Positions 12,298 through 24,124 of a stretch of 64,000 bases of DNA are shown here, piece after piece. The stretch lies in assembly GCA_002269645.1 (NCBI GenBank), contig NIVC01000829.1, positions 374,256 through 438,255 of the forward strand, in the 5' to 3' direction. Under the pieces are notes generated by a model. The model was not told the DNA's origin. It saw nothing but the letters and a program-made list of their open reading frames with translations, and did not search any database. Position 1 is the first letter of the stretch. Each line of letters begins with the position of its first letter. The position numbers and the translations under genes were made by a program. The stretch comes from Macrostomum lignano (taxonomy: Eukaryota).

Positions 12298-13179
12298 ATT
12301 TTTCGCCGTTATTGACTTTCGCCAAAGTAGGTTGAAAACACTGTCTACAACTGGTCATTTAACTTTGTCAATCAGTAACCAAACCTGAAAGAAACAAACA
12401 ATAAAATCAAAGTACCGGATTACGAGAAACATATTTAATATCTAATAGGCCTAATGTAAAATATAATCCTGGCGTAGTGAATTATAATTTATTTTTAAAC
12501 CAGTGCTGCTTCCACTGGTTAATATTTCAGGAAAAATATTTAATTAATTAATATGTTAAATTTAAATAATATCAATATTTTTAACTAACATTAGGCCTAA
12601 GAAACTGTCTGTAGACTATCTAGACTGTACTGTCCTCCTCTAGATTTAGAATTTAAGGTATAACGGAAATATTATCTTTATAATCTAGAAGATATATAGC
12701 CATAGCGTATAGGCCATAGGTCTATTCAAGTCTAAAAATATGTATATTCAGAAATTTAATTTTCTTCCAACAAAAATTAGGGCAATCTTTCAGTTTCCCA
12801 TTGCAAATTATTTTAGTTTATTTTAGCCAAGTGATTCCTAAGGTTGCGCATGTATGATCTTGATCTATAATGTTTGTCTAGTATTTTAGTATTGGACTTT
12901 GAATTCTAGTATTTCAGGTATTGTGGTATAATAATAATCTAAGCAATTTAGTAAGCAATGTACAAATAGTCAGAAATAAATAAATAAATTGACTTTTTAA
13001 AATATATTATCATAGGGCTTACTTCTGTCCTCCAACTATCTTCACTAACTATCACCAAGTTGTTATAGGGGTTATTCCTACAATTATTCTGATTATACTT
13101 GTTTTTACTCCCTAACTATTTCTTAGAATTTCATTTAAATAATTCTGGGTAGCGTTCTTAGTAGTGTCTCTGGTAGCAT

Positions 13180-13292
13180 TCTGGTAGCATATGGCTTGCT
13201 TTCTGGTAGTGTTCTGGTAGCTTATGGCTTGCTTTTTGGTAGCGTTCTAGTAGCTTATGGCTTGCTTTCTGGTAGCGTTCTGGTAGCTTATG
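13180..13292. repeat. 33-bp tandem repeat, about 3 copies
   Basis: Unit approximately TAGCTTATGGCTTGCTTTCTGGTAGCGTTCTGG. Confidence 0.7.
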
Positions 13293-14615
13293 GCCTGAGC
13301 GGTCTAGTACTGGTATATGTATTAGTGAATAGTCCTAATCGGGCATTCACCGAGACTAGAGGGTCACGGCGCCTCTCTTAGTATATCTCCAAGAATTAGT
13401 CCCAATTCCCTTCTCTTAGCAAATTTCTTAGAATCGTTTCACAGGTTTTGCAAATGAATAAGTCGCTATTTAGCTCAAAGACTTTGAAATGGTTTAGATT
13501 GAACTGCTTATTCTGTTCACAATTATTTGCTCACGGGTACAAGACAATTAGTTTATTTGCTATAAAATTGCTCCTATATATAGTGGTTTCCCCCCCATAC
13601 GATTAAAACAAAAAAATAACTTCCCAATTTATTTCACGCAGTAAAACAAAATATTCGGTACAGTAAAACAAAATATTTATCTAGTATTTCGCACGAGTTT
13701 AGTTTCAAAGAAAACATACCTTTATTGCTCAAAATTCGTACAGTATTGAAGCACTACTACAATATCTATTTATATATATATATATATATTTTATATATAT
13801 ATATATTAGGTGAGACCAAGGGAAGTAAATGGAAGAGAAAGTAATACAATTTGCTTGTAGTTTATATGTATTAAGAGTAAAAGGCAAGGTATTGCCTAAT
13901 CAAAGTTTAAAGATTAGGCTAGGCCTACTTAGAGCAGTTGGTCTAATTGGCTAACTGAGTATACCTAGGCCTAATCTCCAAATCAAGGGCTGAGGGATTA
14001 AGTGTGTAGGTATAGCAATTGCAAACTTAGAGGCTGTCATACTATATAAAAACAATAATAGTGCTAATAGAATAGACAAAAAAGACTGATTACAGTGGCT
14101 AGTAAGTAGTTAATTAATCAACTATAATGGCAAATTATTGTTTTTTTTATTTGTTAACTTTTTTATTTATTTTACTGAAGGTTTCTTTATTTAAAACAAT
14201 ACTTCTCGCCTTTTGCCTTAAAAATTTAGAAGAAAGTCTAAAAAGCCTAAATTATAAGCATTTATTTTGTAGTCCTAAACATTGCTTTTTGCAAAATCTA
14301 GGTATTAGAATAAAGTATCAGCATTAGGATATCAACAATTACTAAAATTTGGGTATTAGACTTTTAGGTATCAGCAATACTTTTTTAGAAAGGATATTTG
14401 AATATCAGTTTTCATTGATGCTTTTTGGGTTTTGTGCCCAACACTGAAGATAATACATTTTAGCAATTTAACTAGTTGGTATGAAATTTTGTATGTGACA
14501 CTAAAGTAACTATAATTTGAGATAGAAACCCTCACTAGGGGCAAGTATAAAAATCAAAACTGGGGGATAAATATATAAATAGTAAAAAAATACAGTTTTA
14601 TTAAACTGCTTAGGC

Positions 14616-16067
14616 CAGGGATTGGCAACCTTTTTCTACTCAAGGGCCAGATGAGGTTTTTAGTCTAAGACCATAAGCAACAGTAGGGGGGGGGCAGGGG
14701 CAGTTCTTTGACTTGAAAAAAACTAAAAGGTAACCAAGCACATTTTTGCCACAATATAGACCTTCCCCTTTTACCTTTTTAGAGTCTTTACCTTTTTGGA
14801 GTCTTTATCTTTTAGAGTCTGCCCCTAACCATTTGGAAGCCAAAGGCCTGCACTGCAGGCCATACCGAAACGGCCCAGAAACCCAGAGATTGAAAAATGT
14901 CTATGGCATCAAAAATCATCTCCCAATCACTAAAGCAAGTGCCCAGTATGGCCTGCTATGCAGGCCATGACTGATTTAAAGACGTCCATTATGCATTTCC
15001 ATTGTGTTTTCACTCAAATGGGAAATGTTAAAGGGGATGAATTAGCATGGATCTGGACAGAGACCAGGATTTCCGGGACATTGGCTGCAGCAAAATACTG
15101 TCTTCTTAGCTGGAACGGCAGGTTTCAAATTCGGAATCGTTTGCCTGGGCGAGTCTGGGCTTCCGTTGCTGGGAGTCGTCCATGTGGTATCCTTCGCCCA
15201 GCACTTCGCAGCTAAGCTCAACAACAACTCTCGCTCTCTTCCTCGCCATTTTCTGCCCTCTCCTGCTGGAACTCCCTGACTGCCAACCACATTCGCTCAT
15301 TGGTCCATGTGACAAGACTGTGATGAGAAACTCTTCAGTCAGGATCAATTTCTGGATCCATGCCTTCCGACTCCGTTTCTGACTCAAAAACCGTCGAGTC
15401 ATTGCTTGATAAAGCGTCTTCCGAATCGGAATCGAGTCCCAGTCTACGCAAGGCGTCACTTTTAGCTGTCCTATTCGGCCGCGTAAAAGCCATTTGTGGG
15501 TAGGAAGGTTTTGAACAGGAGCTAGCTGAAAAACTATGTGATATACTTTACTTCTGGGCTTCTAGGGTGTGCACTCGATTCAGCAAAAAAGACAAATTTG
15601 TCTATGGACTGCTCTGCAGGCCTTTGGGCTTTTAAGCCATCTTACAGAACCAAGCTTGGGCGCGAAGTGGCTAAACCAATTTTTGGTTGCATCACTAATA
15701 GGCCAAAATATTAAATACTGAAAAACCAGAGTTAAAACAGATTTATTATAATTTGATGAATTCTTAGAGAGTCTAATTCCACTGTACAGTCAGCTCTGTC
15801 AATGTACATTTAGACCCCCCATTATTGACTAGCTCTACCATGCCACTTTCCTTCATTGCCAGTTCCCCTATTTCTATTCTATGCAAAGTTTGAACTGATG
15901 TGCTATCTGTCTAGACTTTGTAAACAGCCACTCAAACTCAGTGTCCCATTACTCATATTTTGATTGAAAGACTAGATTTTAATAATAAAGACAAATGAAG
16001 TTTGCAAGCCACATAAAAACTCTTTGCTAGCTAGATTTGACCTGTGGGCCAGAGGTTTTCAACCCTG
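14616..16067. mobile_element. Non-autonomous hAT-type DNA transposon, 1452 bp, with 8-bp TSD
   Basis: Perfect TSD GCTTAGGC at 14608-14615 and 16068-16075. Termini CAGGGATTGGCAACC and GGTTTTCAACCCTG are imperfect inverted repeats of the CAGGG type. Confidence 0.85.
14826..15644 (-). mobile_element. Internally deleted piggyBac (PGBD4-like) relic nested in the hAT element
   Basis: ~40-bp imperfect inverted repeats at 14826-14865 and 15603-15644. The minus strand gives an acidic N-terminus (MAFTRP..DSDSEDALSS), VVVELSCEVLGEGYH, and a Cys-rich tail KKTVFCCSQCPGNPGLCPDPC typical of piggyBac transposases. Confidence 0.7.
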
Positions 16068-16568
16068 GCTTAGGCTAAGATTGCATTATATACAATCAAC
16101 ACTAGCAAAAGAGTGTAAAAATTTTTTCTTTCTAAAAGAATATATTATGAAAAAGTTGATTTGCTTAAATTAAAATTTATTTTTTAGTCTAAGTGCAAGT
16201 TTTCTAACAAAATTGGCTGCTTAGGGCTAGACAGCTTAAGTTAAGTGACTTGATTGTTTATCTCAACTCTAACTTTATTCTATGTCCTAGATTTGTAATT
16301 AGCAACATTAAATTATTTCATGAAGAGCTCTAATGACACATTGGCATAAGTTGACAAATTAAAAAAATCAACTACTTAAAGCCCAGTAAAAAAACTTTAG
16401 AAACTAAGCATAGATATTTATTACATTAATATAAATAATTTTATGATGCACTGACTATCTATAAACTGTGAATCATTTAAAGCTTAAAGCAGTTTTTGCA
16501 AAAACTTTAATCTATAAATAATAGTCTGCAATAAGACTGCAGCAAAGAGGCAATTCAGAGCACAAAAA

Positions 16569-19500
16569 ATGGCAAGTGGAGATGGCAGCGGCAGTGCCAT
16601 GCTGTTAGCGGCAGATCCAACAGAGCATCGCACTGGTAATGGCAATTCAGCGTTGCATGATGATGAGGAAGATAACAGTGGAATTCACGATTTAGACTTG
16701 CCAAAGGTGAGTTTTCTTTGAAGTTAGATAATCTATCTAAATATTTACTTAATATGTACTTTATAGCTTAATATCACCTTAATTCTGAGAGATTTTGCCT
16801 GAAATTTCATACTTTTTTGCATTCAAAATTGAACTAGCTGTTGCTTTTGTATTTCAGAAATTCCAACAAAAACAAATTAGTAATAATAATCACAATACTG
16901 TGTGTAGTAATAGTACAAGCATTGCTGCTGGCGATGCAACTTCATCACGTGTAAGTCTTGCTGTGTTTAGATAAAAGAAAATGGAAATAGGTATTAAATT
17001 AAAAAAATTATTGGCGATGGACTGACGGTTAAGGTTTCGTTACGTTGCTTCTGCAATTTTATTATTTTTTGTTGCAAGCTCGTTGGTTTTGATGCTACTT
17101 TAAGTAGCATAAATATCCTTGCTAGAGTTTTTTCCAGCTATTTTTTGTCATCATTTGACTATCTATAGTCTCCCATTAAAGTTCCCAAAAATTACCATTA
17201 GAAACCTCTAAAAATCGCCCCTTCAAGTCCTAAAGAATCGCCCCTTAAAATTCCCAAGAATCACCCCTTAAAATCCACAAGAATCGCCCCTTTAATTCCT
17301 GAACAATCGCTCTTTAAAATTCACAAGAATCGCTCCTTAAAATTCACAAAAATCCCCTCTTAAAATCCACAATAATTTCCCCTTCAAATCCCCAAGAATC
17401 GACCTTTAAAATCCACTAGAATTGCCCCTAAAATCATCAAGAATAGCCCCTTAAAATCCACAATAATTGCCCCTTAAAATCCCCAAGAATCGCCCCTTAA
17501 AATCTTAAGGATTGCCCCTTAAAATCCACAATAATTGCCCCTTCAAATTCCCAAGAATCGCCCCTTAAAATCCACAATAATCGCCCCTTAAAATCCACAA
17601 TAATTGCCCCTTAAAATCCCCAAGAATCGCCCCTTAAAATCTTTAAGAATCGCCCCTTAAAATCCACAATAATTGCCCCTTAAAATTTATAACAATCGCC
17701 CCTTAAAATCCCCAAGAATCGCCCCTTAAAATCCACAATAATCGCCCCTTAAAATCCCCAAGAATCGCCCCTTAAAATCTTTAAGAATTGCCTCTTAAAA
17801 TCCACAATAATCGCCCCTTAAAATCCACAAGAATCGCCCCTTAAAATCTTTAAGAATTGCCTCTTAAAATCCACAATAATCGCCCCTTAAAATCCACAAG
17901 AATCGCCCCTTCAAATCCCTAAGAATCGCTCTTTAATAGCCATAAGAATCGCCCCCTAAAATCCCCCATTAAAGTTCCCAGGAATAGCGGCTTGCCTGCA
18001 TTGAAATCTCTAAGAATCGTTCATTAAAATCCCAAAAATAGGACCTTCGAAACTCCAAGAATCGCCTTTTAAAGTCCCTGAGCATAGCATTCGAATCCCA
18101 AGAAAAGCATTCGAAAACCTAAAAAATCGCCCCTTGTTCAAATTCCTAAGAATCACTCCTAAAAGCCTCCAAAAAATCGGTCTTTATAAAATCTTGAAGA
18201 ATCGCCCTTTAAAATTCTCAAGCATAGCACATTAATATCCCAAGATATCGCTCAATAATCACTTCTTATAAACCATAAAGTAGTTCTTTAAAATCTACAA
18301 AATCGCCACAGTTTTGATTTCTGTTTTTTACTTGACAGACTACTTTTACGCGTGAGTAGTATATCGCAGCTCTTTAACTCCAAACAACTATTCGTGCTAT
18401 CCAGGTGGCCGTGTCCCGAGGCAGCGACTCCGGCTTCTTTCGCCTGTTCCGACGAAGTCAACCGAGCCGATCGAGACGGCAGAAAGCAGGTTAGCGTTGC
18501 CAGTTGTTTGCGGTTACGGTTGTCCTTTCTAAAGTAGAATATTGTACAAAAGTACATTGATAACTTTAATTCAGCCATGTTTTTTAGACCAGCGACCCCG
18601 CATTCGGCGATACAATCTGCTGTCCAGAGACAAGCTCAAAGTGCCGATGCGAAACAGTTCGGGTCACTATCTGAGCGAACAGGGCCAGCCGCTGGTTGAC
18701 ATCGGGTCTGACGAAAAGTGAGCTGTTGTTTTTTATAAATGATAAATTTTCTGTCGGCTTTTTTCGGGTTTCGCCCCTTAACCTCTTGTAGGAATCTCCC
18801 CTGAACCTCTTTAACAACCTCCTCTTAAACTCCCTAAGAATGTCCCATTAAACTCCCTAAGAATCTCCCATTAAACTCCATAAGAATGTCCCCTTAAACT
18901 CTCTAAGAATGTCCCATTAAACTCCCTAAGAATCTCCCATTAAACTCCCTAAGAATCCCATTAAACTCCCTAAGAATCTCCCCTTAAACTCCCTAAGAAT
19001 CTCCCATTAAACTCCCTAAGAATCTCCCCTTAAACTCCCTAAGAATCTCCCCTTAAACTCCCTAAGAATCTCCCATTAAACTCCCTAAGAATCTCCCCTT
19101 AAACTCCCTAAGAATCTCCCCTTAAACTCCCTAAGAATCTCCCATTAAACTCCCTAAGAATGTCCCCTTAAACTCTCTAAGAATGTCCCATTAAACTCCC
19201 TAAGAATCCCATTAAACTCCCTAAGAATCTCCCCTTAAACTCCCTAAGAATCTCCCCTTAAACTCCCTAAGAATCTCCCCTTAAACTCCCTAAGAATGTC
19301 CCCTTAAACTCTCTAAGAATGTCCCATTAAACTCCCTAAGAATCTCCCATTAAACTCCCTAAGAATCCCATTAAACTCCCTAAGAATCTCCCCTTAAACT
19401 CCCTAAGAATCTCCCATTAAACTCCCTAAGAATCTCCCCTTAAACTCCCTAAGAATCTCCCCTTAAAATCCCTAAGAATCTCCCATTAAACTCCCTAAGA

Positions 19501-20352
19501 ATCTCCCCTTAAACTCCCTAAGAATCTCCCCTTAAACTCCCTAAGAATCTCCCATTAAACTCCCTAAGAATGTCCCCTTAAACTCTCTAAGAATCCCATT
19601 AAACTCCCTAAGAATCTCCCCTTAAACTCCCTAAGAATGTCCCCTTAAACTCTCTAAGAATGTCCCATTAAACTCCCTAAGAATCTCCCCTTAAAATCCC
19701 TAAGAATCTCCCCTTAAAATCCCTAAGAATCTCCCCTTAAACTCCCTAAGAATCTCCCCTTAAACTCTCTAAGAATCGCCCGTTAAGTTTCCTATGAATC
19801 TCCCTTTAAACACCCCTGAAAATCGCCCCTTTAAATCCCTAAGAATCGCCACTTAAACGCCCTAAAAATCGCCCCGAAACTCCTTAAGAATCGCCCCTAA
19901 AATCCCTATGAATCGCCCCTAAAACTCCTTAAGAATCGCCCCTAAAATCCCAATGAATCGCCCCTAAAACTCCTTAAGAATCGGCCCTTAAAATCCCAGG
20001 AATCGCGCCTTAAGTTCCCTAAGAATCGCCCTTAAACTTCCCAAAAACTCGCCCCTAAAATCCCTAAGAATCACCCCGTACAATCCTTAAAAATTACCCC
20101 TTAGCAATGTCAGCCACAATCTCAAATCCCTCTTCCATCGCCCTCAGCAACGAAGACGATGACGTCACCTACTACGACTCCCACACAATGCGCCGGTTAA
20201 CTAACGCCGAGATTCGCGACCAACTATTGAAAGATGGCTACAATCTGGACGATCAGCAGGACGCCGATGACCTTGATTTGATACCGCCGAGGCCTATTGA
20301 AGAGCGCGGATTTTACTGCTGTAACTACTATATATCCTGCGAGATTCTTTAA
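16569..20352 (+). CDS. FAM219A: FAM219-family protein; exons 16569-16706, 16858-16950, 18405-18489, 18588-18717, 20148-20352 (216 aa)
   Basis: C-terminus QLLKDGYNLDDQQDADDLDLIPPRP..CC..SCEIL matches the FAM219A tail (QLLKDGYRLDEIPDDEDLDLIPPK..CMCC..CHIQ), and QPLVDIGSDE matches KPLVALDTDSD. All four GT-AG introns are phase-consistent (0,0,1,2) and sum to 651 nt. Confidence 0.8.
17200..18250. repeat. 23-bp minisatellite in FAM219 intron 2
   Basis: Unit approximately AAGAATCGCCCCTTAAAATCCCC, with degenerate flanks. Confidence 0.9.
18790..20095. repeat. 23-bp minisatellite in FAM219 intron 4
   Basis: Unit AATCTCCCCTTAAACTCCCTAAG, very homogeneous in its centre. Confidence 0.95.
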
Positions 20353-20964
20353 GCTGCTTGGGTCTTTCAGCTGCTTGATGTTTAATGCTCTGCGTGCGCT
20401 AAGGCACTTTTTTACCGATTTGTACTTTAGAAATGTAGGCTGGATTGCTAGTCTAGCCAAGGATATAATCAATAGAATGGATTGCTAGTCTAGCCAAGTG
20501 TATAATTATTAGAATAATAGATTGCTAGCGTAGCCAAGGATGTCAACAATAGAATTTTCAATCGTAAAGATACGCTCTCCATTACTATCAAATGTTTATA
20601 AGTGCCTATCAGCGCCATAATATTGAATATATTTATGTATTGCTTCTACAGATCTCTTCTCTGTACACGCCTAGTTTTGCTCTCAACTGGCTCTTGAGTC
20701 TGTTGGCAGACCCGTGATGTATATTAAAGTGTATAATATGAATTAATACAATAACGTCTAACGAATTAAGTGTTTATTTGTGAAGCTAAATATCGATTAA
20801 TAATCTATAGATATGAACAAAAATTAATGAGGTGAATTAATTACTCTTGTTTTGTACCCATTCAGTTCTTTTGTTTTTATATTAATCATTGCATTCTGTT
20901 TATAGTTTTATTGTCTGTGTTAAACTCCTCTCTGTGGTGCCTTGTAGTACGCATGAGTGTTGCA

Positions 20965-22090
20965 TTCTGATTGGCTGGGAAAGGTTCATTTAGATTTCTG
21001 TTGCTTTCTGATTGGCTGGGAGAGGTTCATTAGATTTGTTGCTTTCTGATTGACTGGGAGAGGTTCATTAGATTTCTGTTGCTTTCTGATTGACTGGGAG
21101 AGGTTCGTTAGATTTCTGTTGCTTTCTGATTGACTGGGAGAGGTTCATTAGATTTCTGTTGCTTTCTGATTGGCTGAGAGAGGTTCATTAGATTTCTGTT
21201 GCTTTCTGATTGACTGGGAGAGGTTCATTAGATTTCTGTTGCTTTCTGATTGGCTGGGAGAGGTTTATTAGATTTCTGTTGCTTTCTGATTGGCTGAGAG
21301 AGGTTCATTAGATTTGTTGCTTTCTGATTGACTGGGAGAGGTTCATTAGATTTGTTGCTTTCTGATTGACTGGGAGAGGTTCATTAGATTTCTGTTGCTT
21401 TCTGATTGACTGGGAGAGGTTCATTAGATTTGTTGCTTTCTGATTGACTGGGAGAGGTTCATTAGATTTGTTGCTTTCTGATTGGCTGGGAAAGGTTCAT
21501 TTAGATTTCTGTTGCTTTCTGATTGACTGGGAAAGGTTCATTTAGATTTCTGTTGCTTTCTGATTGACTGGGAGAGGTTCGTTAGATTTCTGTTGCTTTA
21601 TGATTGGCTGGGAAAGGTTTATTAGATTTCTGTTGCTTTCTGATTGGCTGGGAAAGGTTTATTAGATTTCTGTTGCTTTCTGATTGGCTGGGAGAGGTTC
21701 GTTAGATTTCTGTTGCTTTCTGATTGGCTGGGAGAGGCTTATTGGATTTCTGTTGCTTTCTGATTGGCTGGGAGAGGTTCATTGATTTCTGTTGCTTTCT
21801 GATTGGCTAAGAGGAGTTCATTAGATTTCTGTTGCTTTCTGATTGGCTGCGAGAGGTTCATAAGATTTCTGTTGCTTTCTGATTGGCTGGGAGAGGTTTA
21901 TTAGATTTCTGTTGCTTTCTGATTGGCTGGGAGAGGTTTATTAGATTTCTGTTGCTTTCTGATTGGCTGGGAGAGGTTTATTAGATTTCTGTTGCTTTCT
22001 GATTGGCTGGGAGAGGTTTATTAGATTTCTGTTGCTTTCTGATTGGCTGGGAGAGGTTTATTCGATTTCTGTTGCTTTCTGATTGGCTGG
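20965..22090. repeat. 40-bp tandem repeat, about 28 copies
   Basis: Unit TGATTGGCTGGGAGAGGTTCATTAGATTTCTGTTGCTTTC, with 38-bp variants. Confidence 0.95.
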
Positions 22091-23104
22091 AAGGATCTTT
22101 TACGCTCGAAGATTTAGCTCTGCGGGATGCTTAGGTAACGATTGAATAGTTTTTCCTTTGCCTTTGTGTTTTTATGCCACTCATGTTGCGTTTTTTTAAT
22201 TTTCAATGTTGTGTGCATGTCAGTCCGTCAGTATTGTAAAGCTTATATTGCTTGTATAATTGGTATATTTAACCTTTGTGTATTGTTAATAAGCATCTTA
22301 CAGTTCCTCGCTTACCCTATTTTAAGGCGGTTTTTAACCAGGCCTATCATTCGCATTAAATACTACTTAAAGTATGTTAATCTTGCTTGAGTTGTAAATT
22401 TTAACTCTAGTAAATTTTGTTGCATAAATTCTAGGCTACACGAACGCATGCAACTACTTGTTAGTTAGTAGTTTTACTTATATAGTTGACGATATGCAGT
22501 ATTGCTTAGAGATTAGCTTTTGATGACATGAGCTCATTAAATATATCTGCTTTATGTTGTATGTCCTATTAAAGTGTTAACATTATAATGTAAATTGATT
22601 AGTGTCTTCCTTTGGTAAATAAGCGATGATGTAATTACGTCACAGGTTATAGAGATGATTTGGCGTCTTCTTCTAGCCTAAATCTGTGCTTTTACGAGCT
22701 ATAACTGCTTTAGCTGGCTTTTAGTTGCAGGTCATTCTCTTCTGCTTTTCGTTTCCTGCTGATTAATAATATTTAATTGCTTCTTGTGTAATACAAAATA
22801 TAGTAATAATCCTATTGTATTACTTAGGTCATCAGTAGGCTAGTAAAAATAATGTTCTATCTTTATGAATTCATATTTTTCGATCTCCACTTTAAATTCT
22901 TGTAGCTTCCATAATTGTCAAGTAAACTAATTTTTGTCTGCTTAATTAAATACAAAATGAGATAACAATATAAAAACAATTGTATTTTCATGTGGCTGTA
23001 TCAGTCACTGCAATCATCTTGATCACAATGTTGAACCATAAATATTTATTTGTCGTTAATCGCTTGTGCTTCTTTAATTTTTATTTTAATTACCTACTCT
23101 TGGT

Positions 23105-23690
23105 CAGGTAATAATCCCAGCTGGATCAGGTAAAATCCCAGCTGGATCAGGTAAATGAAATCCCAGCTCGATCAGGTAAAATCCCAGCTGGATCAGGTAA
23201 GTGAAATCCCAGCTGGATCAGGTAAATCCCAGCTCAATCAGGTAAATGAAATCCCAGCTCAATCAGGTAAATGAATTCCCAGCTGGATCGAGTAAATCCC
23301 AGCTGGATCAGGTAACTGAAATCCCAGCTGGATCAGGTAACTGAAATCCCAGCTGGATCAGGTAAAAATCCCAGCTGGATCAGGTAAATGAAATCCCAGC
23401 TCGATCAGGTAAATCCCAGCTGGATCAGGTAAATCCCAGCTCAATCAGGTAAATGAAATCCCAGCTCAATCAGGTAAATGAATTCCCAGCTGGATCGAGT
23501 AAATGAAATCCCAGCTGGACCGAGTAAATGAAATCCCAACTGGATCTGGTAAATGAAATCCCAGCTGGACCGAGTAAAAAAAAATCCCAGCTGGATCGAG
23601 TAAATGAAATATCAGCTTGACTAGGTAAATGAAATCCCAGCTGGACCGAGTAAATGAAATCCCAGCTGGATCAGGTAAATTCTAGCTCTA
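23105..23690. repeat. 21/25-bp tandem repeat
   Basis: Unit AAATCCCAGCTGGATCAGGTA(AATG). Confidence 0.9.
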
Positions 23691-24124
23691 ATCCCAGTTT
23701 GAATTAAAATCTTTTAACCAACACCGCATCCGTGTTTTTAATTCCAATTTTCAGTTGGCGTCCTGTGTACACAAAAATCTGAATAGCCTTTAGTTACTGC
23801 AATGCGAGAGAACGTGTACTCCCCAGCTATATGCCTGCAAAAACCACCACAACACAGTTTTATAACTGTCACAGAAAGTGCTTCTTATCAACTGACTCAC
23901 CAAACTGCCACCAAATACTTTGTAGGACAGAAAAACAGAGAGAAAAAATTTAGTCCTGCTTCTTATCAATAGACCAGCAATAGCGGTCTAAACTACGTAT
24001 ATAATATAGCTTTTGGAAACTTCTTCTGGGCGTTGCTATTTTTCGACTTTGTCAGGCAACATACATTTAATTTCGATTGTATAGCTTCTGTAACTAAGCG
24101 ACATTGATTAGTTAGAACTTCATC

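Noticed and set aside
20107-20147. ATG 20107 as the start of a stand-alone 81-aa gene
   Set aside because: A phase-compatible acceptor at 20147 links it to upstream FAM219 exons that carry additional family motifs.
20965-22090. CRISPR-like appearance of this and other 20-40-bp arrays
   Set aside because: Units are head-to-tail with no unique spacers, there are no cas genes, and the context is eukaryotic.
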